A stretch of DNA of 64,000 nt from Candidatus Eiseniibacteriota bacterium (lineage in GTDB: Bacteria > Eisenbacteria > RBG-16-71-46 > CAVPCR01). Shown in pieces: positions 1-9,061 of this stretch; within the stretch, counting starts at the first letter, position 1; each line of letters opens with the position of its first letter. The notes under the pieces are model-generated. The model did no database searches. It was given only the letters and a program-made list of their open reading frames with translations, and was not told where the DNA came from. The stretch covers positions 480,001-544,000 of the forward strand of contig CAVPCR010000004.1 in NCBI GenBank assembly GCA_963702435.1, given 5' to 3'. The position numbers were made by a program, and so were the translations under genes.

Positions 1-1233
1 CCGCACTACGATGAGATCTGCGAGGGGGCGACCAACCACGGGTTCGCCTGTCCGGAGATCCTGATCGTGGCCATCCAGCACCAGCCGCCGCACTCGACCA
101 CCAACCACGTCGATCCGATCACGGTGCAGGCGACGGTGACCGCCGCCGAGGGCGCCCTCGACGCGGTCCAGCTCTACTACCGGATCGACGGTGGCGCCTT
201 CGCCCAGGTGGATATGACCAATGCTGGGGGCAACATCTACGCGGCGGACATCCCCGCGCAGGCGGATGACGCTCAGGTCCAGTACTACATCTACGCCCGG
301 AACACCAACGGCTTCGAGCGCACTTCGCCGGCCGGCGCTCCGGCGACCCTCCACGCCTTCTACGTGGCGACCGTCGTGGACGAGCTCGAGGCGGCATCCG
401 GCTGGATCGTGGGCGCTCCGGGCGACAACGCGACGACCGGGATCTGGGTGCGCGTCGATCCGAACGGCACGGCCGCCCAGCCGGAAGACGACTACACGGC
501 GGCGCCGGGTGTCCAGTGCTTCGTGACCGGCCAGGGCACGCCGGGCGGGGCGGTCGGCGAGGCCGACGTGGATGGCGGGACGACGAGCCTCCTCACGCCG
601 GTGCTCGACCTCTCCCAGTACACCCAGATGTGCAAGATCGCCTACGTGCGCTGGTACTCGAACAACCAGGGCGGCGCGCCGAACGCGGACAACTGGGTCG
701 TCGACATCTCGAACGACGGCGGCACGACGTGGACGAGCGTCGAGAACGTGAACCCGCCCAACAACCTGCAGAACGTCTGGATCAGCGTGCTCGTGGACGT
801 CGTCGCGCTCTTCGGCACGCCGAACCAGGTGCAGCTCCGCTTCAGGGCGAGCGACCTCGCCACCGGCTCGGTCGTCGAGGCGGCGGTGGACGATCTCGTG
901 ATCCTCGCGCGCGGCGGCACGGCGGCAATCGATGAGCCGGCCGCGTCGGCGCCGGTCCGCTTCGCCGTGGGCCCGAACCAGCCGAACCCGTTCAATCCGC
1001 AGACCACGATCACCTACTCGCTGCCCTCGCGCGGCGAGGTGACGGTGACCGTCTTCGACGTGTCCGGTCGCCTCGTGCGCACGCTCTTCCAGGGCGTCGA
1101 GTCGGCGGGCGCGAAGACGATCTCCTGGAATGGGGTCGACGACGCGGGCCAGTCGGTGGCGTCGGGCGTCTACTACTACCGCGTCGAGTCGCTCGGACAG
1201 TCGGCGACGCGGAAGATGGTGCTCATGAAGTGA
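1..1233 (+). CDS. Secreted protein with C-terminal FlgD Ig-like (T9SS-like sorting) domain; 5' end lies outside the window
   Basis: Frame is open from base 1 (PHYDEICEGATNHGF...). C-terminus PNQPNPFNPQTTITYSLP...VFDVSGRLVRTL...WNGVDDAGQSVASGVYYYRV is the FlgD_ig-type tail. Confidence 0.85.
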   Translation, partial: PHYDEICEGATNHGFACPEILIVAIQHQPPHSTTNHVDPITVQATVTAAEGALDAVQLYYRIDGGAFAQVDMTNAGGNIYAADIPAQADDAQVQYYIYARNTNGFERTSPAGAPATLHAFYVATVVDELEAASGWIVGAPGDNATTGIWVRVDPNGTAAQPEDDYTAAPGVQCFVTGQGTPGGAVGEADVDGGTTSLLTPVLDLSQYTQMCKIAYVRWYSNNQGGAPNADNWVVDISNDGGTTWTSVENVNPPNNLQNVWISVLVDVVALFGTPNQVQLRFRASDLATGSVVEAAVDDLVILARGGTAAIDEPAASAPVRFAVGPNQPNPFNPQTTITYSLPSRGEVTVTVFDVSGRLVRTLFQGVESAGAKTISWNGVDDAGQSVASGVYYYRVESLGQSATRKMVLMK

Positions 1234-1266
1234 GCGTCCGCCAGGGCGCAGCTCAGAGCACACGAG

Positions 1267-1314
1267 GAGGGGCGGCGCGGGTGGTGCGAATCCCGCGCCG
1301 CCCCTCTTGCTTGT
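1267..1314 (+). terminator. Probable intrinsic terminator
   Basis: 15-bp stem GAGGGGCGGCGCGGG / CCCGCGCCGCCCCTC followed by TTGCTTGT, just after the stop codon. Confidence 0.6.
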
Positions 1315-1356
1315 CCGGATGTCCCGCGCGACAATGCAGGTCGGGAAGGGGGGAGC

Positions 1357-1617
1357 ATGCCCAGCCAGCTCTACCAGGTGCGCAATCTCTACGCCGATCA
1401 GCGCTTCGACGGGTTCGTACTCCGTGCAGGGAAGAAGGCCCGGGTTCGCGTCGAGGTCGAGAAGGCGAGCGACGGCCGCTATCGCGGCCGGGCCCGTCTC
1501 GTCGAGGCCGGCGATCGCGTGGTCGCCGAGGCGGAGGCGGAGACTCCGGACGGGGCGCTCGAGGCCCTGATCGGCCGCCTCTACGACACCCACTTCAACT
1601 TCGTGGCGCGCATCTAG
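1357..1617 (+). CDS. Small hypothetical protein (86 aa)
   Basis: GGGGGAG ribosome-binding site before ATG, codon usage like neighbouring genes, protein-like composition; family not recognised. Confidence 0.7.
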   Translation: MPSQLYQVRNLYADQRFDGFVLRAGKKARVRVEVEKASDGRYRGRARLVEAGDRVVAEAEAETPDGALEALIGRLYDTHFNFVARI

Positions 1618-1781
1618 GGACAAGCCCCTGGATAGGGGCTGGCCCGGGCGGGCCCGGGCCCCCTCCGCCGCTGTGGTAGAATCACGCGCCGGTGAGTCCC
1701 GACCCCCGCGCTCCCTGCCCCCGCAGAGCCTCGCGGCGCCGCATCCACCCGTCGTGCTTCGGCCCAGGACAACGCCCGACC

Positions 1782-4337
1782 ATGAACCAGCCGTCCCGTC
1801 CGGATCTGCGATCTCGCCTGCCGCTCGCGCTCGGCGCGTTCCTTCTCGTTCTGGCCTGTGAATCGGCGGTCGAGCCCCCGGATTACATGACCGACGGGCC
1901 CCCGCCGGCCGTCATCGCCACCGATCCGGCCGCCGGGGCCACCGCCGTCGACTCGACCGCCACGATCAGCGTCACCTTCGATCAGGCCATGGCCGCGGCG
2001 ACCGTGCGCCCGGGCGTGACTTTCCGCGTCTCGACGCAGGCAGTGCCCATCCCGGGCTCGGTCGTGAGCGATCCGGCGCTCAGGCGCTTCGTGTTCGTGC
2101 CGGCGACGGCCCTGCCCGGATCGCGCCAGATCGATGTCGTCGTGCGCGACGTGGCCGATGAGGACGGGGCCTGGCTCCCCGCCCCGTATGACTTCTCCTT
2201 CCGGACGAGCGGCCCGAGCCCGATCCCGCCGCGGATGCCGGCGAATCCCTATCCCGCCGATGACGCGACCGACGTGCCGAACGACACCACCTTCACCTGG
2301 ACGGGAGGCACCGAAGGTGGCGATCCGGTGGTCTACGACTTCTGGCTCGGCACGAATGCGGGCAACATGACCGAGCGGGCGACCGGCCTGAACGCCGCCA
2401 TCTTTGCTCCGGGAACTCTGCCCTACGCGACCGAGCACGCGTGGCGGGTGGTGGCGCGCTCGGCCGGGGGCACGACCAGCGGTCCGGTGTGGACCTTCAC
2501 GATCAGGGACGCCCCGCCCGTGAACACGCCGCCGCCGGCACCGTGCACTCCGTACCCCGCCGACCAGGCGACCGGCGTGCCCGACACCACGCGCCTCGAG
2601 TGGGGCTGCATCACGGATCCCGACAGCGACCCGGTCTCCTTCGATGTCCATCTCGGCACGACGACCAATCCGTCGCTCGTCGCCACCGTGTCCTCGCCGC
2701 TCTTCGTGCCGTCGGGTCCGCTCTTTGCGGACACGCGCTACTACTGGAAGGTCGTGGCGGATGACGGACGGGGCGGGCGCACGTCAGGACCGCTGTGGAG
2801 CTTCCGGACCGCCGTGCCGCCGCCGCCCAACGATCCGCCGAGCGCGCCGTCGACTCCCGATCCGCCGCACGACGCCATCGTCGTCGATCCCGCCGCCACG
2901 CTCGCCTGGAGCGGGGGCGTCGATCCGAACGGCGACGCGGTCGTCTTCGTGGTCTATCTCGAGCGCGACGATGCGGCCGATCCGGATTCGGTGGCGACCG
3001 TGACGGCGCGTTCGTATGCGCCGCCGCTGCCCCTCGCGGCGGGCGCCGCCTACTACTGGCGGATCGAGGCGCGGGATGAGCGCGGCGCCGCGACGTCGGG
3101 CCCGCGCGTGTGGTCGTTCACGACGAACGCGCCGCCGAGCGAGCCCTGCAATCCGGATCCCGCCGACAACGAGATCGGCGTCGGGATCATCGTCCGTCTC
3201 AACTGGGAGTGCGGCGTGGATCCCGAGTCGCAGGCGGTCGTCTATGACGTCTATCTCGGGACGACGCCCGATCCGGCGGTTCCGATCGCCACGGTGAACA
3301 ATCGCACCTATCTCGTCGGCGGCGTGCTGCCGGGGGTGACCTACTACTGGCGGATCGTGGCCCGCGACCCGGGCGGCGCCGAGGCGTCGGGCCCGGTCTG
3401 GTCGTTCTCGACCGAGGGGCCGAACGAGGCGCCGGCCGAACCATGCGACCCCGCTCCCGCGGGCGGGGCGGGCGAGGTCCCCGTCACGACCTCGCTCCAG
3501 TGGGGATGTGCGACCGATCCGAACGGCGACCCGCTGAGCTTCGAGGTGCGCCTCGGCACGACGGACGATCCGCCGCTCGTCACGACGGTGACGACGCCGC
3601 AGTTCGATCCCGGGGGATCGCTCGCCGCGGAGACGCGCTACTACTGGCGGATCACGGCGGACGACGGCCGGGGCGGCCGGAGCGATGGTCCCCTGTGGGA
3701 CTTCCTCACGGCGCCGCGGCCGAATGAGCCGCCGACCTCGCTCGTCGACCCGGTGCCGGACCAGGGTGCGATCGGCGTCGCCGCCGGTCAGGAGCTGGCC
3801 TGGAGCGGTGGCGATGATCCCGAGGACGAGGTCGTCTACGTCGTTTTCCTCGAGCAGGACGATGCAGTCGCTCCGGATTCGGTCGCGGTGGTGACCGAGA
3901 AGTCGTACACGCCGCCGCTCCCGTTCGCGGCGGGCGGCGAGTACTACTGGCGAATCGAGGCGCGGGACGACCGCGGCGGGGTCCGGTCGAGCGCGATCTG
4001 GCACTTCACGGCGAATCTGCCGCCGGCCGCGCCGTGCAATCCGAACCCGGCGGATGGCGGCTCCAAGGATGCCCCCGCAGTGACCCTGCGCTGGGGTTGC
4101 GGGAACGACCCCGAGGATCAGGATGTCGAGTATGACGTCTACTTCGGGATGAACCCCGATCCGCCGGGCCCGATCGCCACCGTCAGCAACCGTCGCCTGA
4201 ACCTGGGCGGACTCCTTCCCGAGCGCGTCTACTTCTGGCGGGTCGTTGCCCGCGACGAGGCCGGCGGCCAGACCACGGGCCCGGTCTGGTCGTTCAGCAC
4301 GACCGGTGGCGGTCTGGCCGCGACCCCCGCGCCCTAG
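1782..4337 (+). CDS. Lipoprotein with SbsA/Big-type Ig domain and seven fibronectin-III-like repeats
   Basis: Signal peptide with lipobox LVLA-C, then [13 protein letters not shown]...ISVTFDQAM Ig domain, then 7 repeats of about 100 aa (P.D.A..V...L.W...DP..D.V.YDV.LG...YYW.V.A.D..G...GP.WSF.T). Confidence 0.85.
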   Translation: MNQPSRPDLRSRLPLALGAFLLVLACESAVEPPDYMTDGPPPAVIATDPAAGATAVDSTATISVTFDQAMAAATVRPGVTFRVSTQAVPIPGSVVSDPALRRFVFVPATALPGSRQIDVVVRDVADEDGAWLPAPYDFSFRTSGPSPIPPRMPANPYPADDATDVPNDTTFTWTGGTEGGDPVVYDFWLGTNAGNMTERATGLNAAIFAPGTLPYATEHAWRVVARSAGGTTSGPVWTFTIRDAPPVNTPPPAPCTPYPADQATGVPDTTRLEWGCITDPDSDPVSFDVHLGTTTNPSLVATVSSPLFVPSGPLFADTRYYWKVVADDGRGGRTSGPLWSFRTAVPPPPNDPPSAPSTPDPPHDAIVVDPAATLAWSGGVDPNGDAVVFVVYLERDDAADPDSVATVTARSYAPPLPLAAGAAYYWRIEARDERGAATSGPRVWSFTTNAPPSEPCNPDPADNEIGVGIIVRLNWECGVDPESQAVVYDVYLGTTPDPAVPIATVNNRTYLVGGVLPGVTYYWRIVARDPGGAEASGPVWSFSTEGPNEAPAEPCDPAPAGGAGEVPVTTSLQWGCATDPNGDPLSFEVRLGTTDDPPLVTTVTTPQFDPGGSLAAETRYYWRITADDGRGGRSDGPLWDFLTAPRPNEPPTSLVDPVPDQGAIGVAAGQELAWSGGDDPEDEVVYVVFLEQDDAVAPDSVAVVTEKSYTPPLPFAAGGEYYWRIEARDDRGGVRSSAIWHFTANLPPAAPCNPNPADGGSKDAPAVTLRWGCGNDPEDQDVEYDVYFGMNPDPPGPIATVSNRRLNLGGLLPERVYFWRVVARDEAGGQTTGPVWSFSTTGGGLAATPAP

Positions 4338-5209
4338 ACGCGCACCGCGCCGGTCATGGCGTGGAGCCGGGCGACCCGCTCGGCCATCGGCGGATGGGTC
4401 GAGAACAGGCCGGCCAGGCCGCCGCCGCGCAGCGGGTTCACGATGAACATGTGCGCGGTGGACGGGGTCGCCGCCTGCATCGGCCGGCGCGTGGCCATCA
4501 TCTCGAGCTTCTCGAGAGCCCGGGCGAGGGCGAGCGGATTCTGCGTGAGCGCCGCGGCACCCGCATCGGCCGCGTACTCGCGCCCGCGCGAGATGGCGAG
4601 CTGGATGATCGTGGCCGCGATCGGCGCGATGAGGGCGGTGACGAGCAGGCCGATGCCGCTCGCGCCCCGGTCATCGTCGCGCCGCCCGCCGCCGAAGATG
4701 GCTGCCCACTGCGCCATGTTGGCGAGGATCGAGATGGCGCCAGCGATGGTCGCCACCACCGATCCGGTGAGGATGTCACGGTGGCGCACGTGGGCGAGCT
4801 CGTGCGCCATCACCCCTTCGAGCTCCTGATCGTCGAGCAGCTCGAGGATGCCGGCGGTCGCCGCCACCGCGGCGTGCTGCGGATCGCGCCCCGTGGCGAA
4901 GGCATTGGGCGCACCCGACGGAATGACGTAGACCTGCGGCATCGGCAGTCCCGCCTTCATCGTCAGCCGCTCGACGATCATCCTGAGCCGCGCGCCCGCG
5001 CGCGCCATCTCCGGCGGCAGCTTGTCGACCGGCACGGCCCGGTACATGCCGAGCACGATCTTGTCCGAGAACCAGTAGCTCGCGAAGTTCATGACCGCGG
5101 CGAGGACGAGCGCCATGATCGCGCCCTGGCGGCCGCCGAGGGCCTGCCCGGCGGCGACGAGGATCCCGGTGAGCAGGGCGAGAAGGACGGTGGTCTTGAG
5201 CGTGTTCAT
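4334..5209 (-). CDS. htpX: Zinc metalloprotease HtpX (M48)
   Basis: [11 protein letters not shown] start, [15 protein letters not shown] zinc motif, [15 protein letters not shown]. Confidence 0.95.
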   Translation of the reverse strand: MNTLKTTVLLALLTGILVAAGQALGGRQGAIMALVLAAVMNFASYWFSDKIVLGMYRAVPVDKLPPEMARAGARLRMIVERLTMKAGLPMPQVYVIPSGAPNAFATGRDPQHAAVAATAGILELLDDQELEGVMAHELAHVRHRDILTGSVVATIAGAISILANMAQWAAIFGGGRRDDDRGASGIGLLVTALIAPIAATIIQLAISRGREYAADAGAAALTQNPLALARALEKLEMMATRRPMQAATPSTAHMFIVNPLRGGGLAGLFSTHPPMAERVARLHAMTGAVRV

Positions 5210-5349
5210 CGACTTCCCTCGAGGCAGCGGGGGGCTGCGCTGACGGATCCAGCGGATCTCATCATTCGTTTCGATCGTGACGGCCGGGCGGCGGTTTCAG
5301 CCACCGGCCCGGCCGGCCGCGCCATCCGGGCCGGCGCGCCCGATGCCGC

Positions 5350-6603
5350 CTAGCGCCAGGCGGCCACTTCCTCGCGGGCGCGGGTGGCCAGCCCGCGGAG
5401 CCCGCGGCGACCCTCGCGGGCGCTCGCGCGGAGCTCTTCGTAGCGGTCGATGAGATGGCGGGCCTGCCGGCCGGCATCCAGGTGCTTCGCGCGCTTCCGC
5501 GCCGCCGCTCCCAGCCGCCGGCCGAGCTCGGGGTCGGCAAGGATGCGCTCGACGGCGGCGGCGAAGGGAGCCGCGGCCGTCGGGACCAGGAGCCCGTCCG
5601 CCTCGTCCTCGATCAGGTCCACGACCCCGGGGCCGCGCGCGGCCACGACCGGCGAGCCGGCGGCCATCGCCTCGAGGAGCGCGAGCCCCTGCGTCTCGGT
5701 CACCGAGGCGGACACGAACACGTCGGCCGCGCGGTAGCAGGATTCCATCTCCGCGTGCGGCACCCAGCCGATGAAGCGCACGCGCCCCGCCACGCCCAGC
5801 GCGCGGGCGACGTTCTCGAGGCGGTCGCGGTCCGGCCCGTCGCCGGCGATCACGAGCTCGGCCTCTGGCCGGCGGCGGCAGAGGATCTCGAGCGCGGCGA
5901 GAAGCAGATCCAGGTTCTTCTCGCGCGCGATGCGACCCGCGAAGAGAAGCACGCTCGCCGATCTGGACAGCCCGAGTCGGGCGCGGGCATGGCGCTGTTC
6001 CGCCGGCGAGGTGTCCGGGGGGATGGGCACCCCGGTCATGAGGACCTCGATCGGACTGCGCACGCCGTACCCCGCGAGGAGGTCGCGAATGTCGTGCGAC
6101 GGCGCGAGGACGCGGTCGTGCAGGTTGCAGAACCACCGGCTGAAGGCCGGGGTGATGCGGCGCGCGAGCGGGGCGCCCGCCTTGAGGTAGTGCGAGTACT
6201 CGGCGTAGAGCGTGTGATAGGTGTGGACGAGCGGCAGGCCGAGCGCCCGACCGGTCTGCACGCCCACGTAGCCGATGGCGAAGGGCGTGTGGGTGTGCAC
6301 GACGTCGAGCCCGAGCTCCTCGGCGACCTGTCGCACGCGCCGGGCGATGGGCAGGGCGAGCCCGTGCGAGCGCTCGGTGATGAGCGGGAACGAGGGCACC
6401 CAGTAGATGGCCTCGACGCCCGCGGGCAGCGCGCTCGTGGACTGCAGGATGCGCTGGGTGAGGAAGCCGGAGATCTCGGTGCGGGGAGCGAAGACCGTGA
6501 CGCTCGAACCGAGACGCGCGATCTCCGCGGCGAAGGTCTCGATCGAGACCACGACGCCGTTCATGTTGGGGCGGTAGGAGTCGGTGAAGAAACCGATGCG
6601 CAT
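5350..6603 (-). CDS. GT4 glycosyltransferase (diacylglycerol glucosyltransferase-like)
   Basis: MRIGFFTDSYRPNMNGVVVSI, VHTHTPF, HTYHTLY, GRIAREKN, ETQGLALLEAMA. Confidence 0.9.
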   Translation of the reverse strand: MRIGFFTDSYRPNMNGVVVSIETFAAEIARLGSSVTVFAPRTEISGFLTQRILQSTSALPAGVEAIYWVPSFPLITERSHGLALPIARRVRQVAEELGLDVVHTHTPFAIGYVGVQTGRALGLPLVHTYHTLYAEYSHYLKAGAPLARRITPAFSRWFCNLHDRVLAPSHDIRDLLAGYGVRSPIEVLMTGVPIPPDTSPAEQRHARARLGLSRSASVLLFAGRIAREKNLDLLLAALEILCRRRPEAELVIAGDGPDRDRLENVARALGVAGRVRFIGWVPHAEMESCYRAADVFVSASVTETQGLALLEAMAAGSPVVAARGPGVVDLIEDEADGLLVPTAAAPFAAAVERILADPELGRRLGAAARKRAKHLDAGRQARHLIDRYEELRASAREGRRGLRGLATRAREEVAAWR

Positions 6604-6802
6604 ACGCCCTGTTGGTCGGATCCCGATGCGGGGTTTCCGGATCCTGGATCGGTCCGGAGCCTGGTATCGGACTTCGTCTCGGTCGCCGCAGCCACTGTTG
6701 GGGACGAGCGCAATCTAGCATGCGGGGCGGGCGGCGAGGGGGGCCAAGCCGGCCGGAGGGCGGAGACCGGGCGACGGGGAGCGGGAGGGGGGGGCAGCCA
6801 GC

Positions 6803-6830
6803 TTGCATCTACTCTAAAATATGCTATTCT
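6803..6830 (+). promoter_or_regulatory. Candidate sigma70-type promoter for the dinB operon
   Basis: TTGCAT-16 nt-TATTCT with extended -10 TG, in an AT-rich patch about 100 bp upstream of dinB. Confidence 0.55.
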
Positions 6831-6930
6831 TGTGGATAGTTTTCTCGGAGAATGAACGACAGAAGGACGGATGGCGGGCCCCGCGACGGCGGGCAGGCGC
6901 TCGCCGCGGGGCGGTGCCGGGAGCGCGACC

Positions 6931-8181
6931 ATGACGGGATCCGAGACGGCAGCGGCGCGGGTCCTCCTGCATGTGGACATGGACGCCTACTTCGCGGCGG
7001 TCGAGATCCTGGCGAACCCCGCTCTCCGGGGCTTGCCCGTGGTGGTCGGCGGCCTTCCCGGGAGCCGTGGGGTGGTGGCCACCGCCTCCTACGAGGCACG
7101 GCCCTTCGGGATCCGCCCCGGGATGCCGCTCGCGGAAGCGGCGCGCCGCTGCCCGCGGGCGGTCTTCCTGCCCGGCGATCCCCCCAAGTACGTCTTCTAC
7201 TCGCTTCGCTTGCTCGATCTCCTGCGCGGATTCTCGCCGCAAGTCGAACCCTTCTCGATCGACGAGGCCTTTCTCGAACTGAGCGGTCAGGTGCGGACCC
7301 TCGACGAGGGACGGGCGGTGGCGGTCGCGATCCAGCAGGCGGTCGATCGCCGTCTCCGGCTCTCCGCCTCGATCGGCGTCGGTCCGAACAAGCTCGTGGC
7401 CAAGATGGCGTCGGGCGTCGACAAGCCCCACGGCATCACCATGCTCGACCGTGCGGCCTTCTGCCGGCGGTTCTGGCCGCTCGCCGCCGGCGAACTCTTC
7501 GGCGTCGGTGAGAAGACCGCCGCGGCGCTCGCGCTCCTCGGCATCCGCACGATCGGTGACCTGGCGCTCGCCCCGCACGCCGGACTCGTCCGCGCCTTCG
7601 GCGTGATCGGAGGCGCACTCCGGCACATGGCGCGCGGCGAGGACTCGACGCCGCTCATCCCGTACTACGAGGGTTTGCCCGTCAAGTCGATGGGTCACGA
7701 ACATACCCTCTCGCGCGACCAGGCCGATCCGGAGCGACTCGCGGCGATGCTCCTCCGCCTCACCGAGCAGGTGGCACGCCGGCTCCGGCAGGCGGGTCTC
7801 GCCGGTCGCACGGTGACGGTGAAGCTCCGCTTCTCCGATTTCCGGACCATCACGCGACGGCGCACGCTCGATCTCCCGACCGATGAGGAGCAGAGGATCT
7901 TCCCGGTGGCTCGCGATCTCCTTGTCCGGAATCAGGGCGGCGCTCCGCTCCGGCTCATCGGGGTGAGCGTGAGCGGGCTTTCGGGCGGTGCGGGCACCGA
8001 GTATCTCTTCGGCGCCGATCGCCGCCGGCGGCAGGTGGTCGGCGCAGCCGATCTCCTGCGCGATCGCTTCGGGGAGAACGTCCTCACCCGGGCCCGCGTC
8101 CTCACCGTGCATGGAGGAGTCCGGGGCAGGGCCGCCCGGCGCGGACCGGCCGAAGAACTGGGACCGAGTCACGATGGGTGA
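6931..8181 (+). CDS. dinB: DNA polymerase IV (Y-family)
   Basis: HVDMDAYFAAVE, SYEARPFGI, SIDEAFL, NKLVAKMAS..DKPHG, KS.GHE.T and TVTVKLRFSDF little-finger region; start may be 6871. Confidence 0.93.
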   Translation: MTGSETAAARVLLHVDMDAYFAAVEILANPALRGLPVVVGGLPGSRGVVATASYEARPFGIRPGMPLAEAARRCPRAVFLPGDPPKYVFYSLRLLDLLRGFSPQVEPFSIDEAFLELSGQVRTLDEGRAVAVAIQQAVDRRLRLSASIGVGPNKLVAKMASGVDKPHGITMLDRAAFCRRFWPLAAGELFGVGEKTAAALALLGIRTIGDLALAPHAGLVRAFGVIGGALRHMARGEDSTPLIPYYEGLPVKSMGHEHTLSRDQADPERLAAMLLRLTEQVARRLRQAGLAGRTVTVKLRFSDFRTITRRRTLDLPTDEEQRIFPVARDLLVRNQGGAPLRLIGVSVSGLSGGAGTEYLFGADRRRRQVVGAADLLRDRFGENVLTRARVLTVHGGVRGRAARRGPAEELGPSHDG

Positions 8182-9061
8182 CCGGCACACACGCGATCTC
8201 TTCGCTCCCGCCTCGCGGGATCCTGAGTCCGAGCGCGAATATTCGCGCCGGGCGGACCCGGAGCCGCCGCACTGGCAGCCCGGGGCGCGGATCCTCGTCG
8301 GCACCTCGGGCTACAGCTTTCCCGACTGGGTGGGCCCCTTCTATCCGCCCGGGCTCAAGTCCGCCGACATGCTGTCCTTCTACAGCGAGCACTTTCCGGC
8401 GGTCGAGGTGAACTCGACCTACTACCGCGTGCCGCCGCCCCGGGTCACGGCCCGGATGGCCGAGAAGACACCACCCGCTTTCCGCTTCGTGGTGAAGGCC
8501 CCGCAGTCGCTCACCCACGAGCGGCGGCTCGATCCGGCGGAGATGGCCGCCTTCCGCGCCTGCCTCGAACCGCTCCAGGCAGCGGACAAGCTCGACGGGG
8601 TGCTCCTCCAGTTCCCGTGGAGCTTCCGGCCGGATCCGACGAGCCGCCGGTTCCTCGCCGGAACGCGGGCGGCGTTTCCCGATCTGCCGCTGTGGGCCGA
8701 GTTCCGGAACGCGCGATGGGCGGCCCCGGACACCTTCGCGGACCTGCGCGCCCATGGTCTCGGCTACTGCATCGTGGACGAGCCGGCGCTCCCGGGACTC
8801 ATGCCGCCGGTCGTCGAGCTCACCGCTCCTGCGGGCTACGTGCGCTTCCACGGGCGGAACGCCGCCAACTGGTGGGGGCGCGGCGGCGGCGATCGCTACG
8901 ACTATCTCTACTCGCCGCCGGAGCTCATGGCCTGGGTGGCCAGAATCCACGATCTGGCGCGGCGGGCCGAGAAGGTCTACGTCTTCTTCAACAACTGCCA
9001 TGCCGGGCAGGCGGCGCGGAACGCCCAGCTCATGCAGGAGCTCCTGCTCAGGGAGGCTTGA
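8174..9061 (+). CDS. DUF72 (YecE-like) TIM-barrel protein
   Basis: VGTSGYSFPDWVGPFYP, VEVNSTYYR, FVVKAPQSLTH, LLQFP, YVRFHGRN, YDYLYS, VFFNN; start overlaps the end of dinB. Confidence 0.92.
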   Translation: MGDRHTRDLFAPASRDPESEREYSRRADPEPPHWQPGARILVGTSGYSFPDWVGPFYPPGLKSADMLSFYSEHFPAVEVNSTYYRVPPPRVTARMAEKTPPAFRFVVKAPQSLTHERRLDPAEMAAFRACLEPLQAADKLDGVLLQFPWSFRPDPTSRRFLAGTRAAFPDLPLWAEFRNARWAAPDTFADLRAHGLGYCIVDEPALPGLMPPVVELTAPAGYVRFHGRNAANWWGRGGGDRYDYLYSPPELMAWVARIHDLARRAEKVYVFFNNCHAGQAARNAQLMQELLLREA

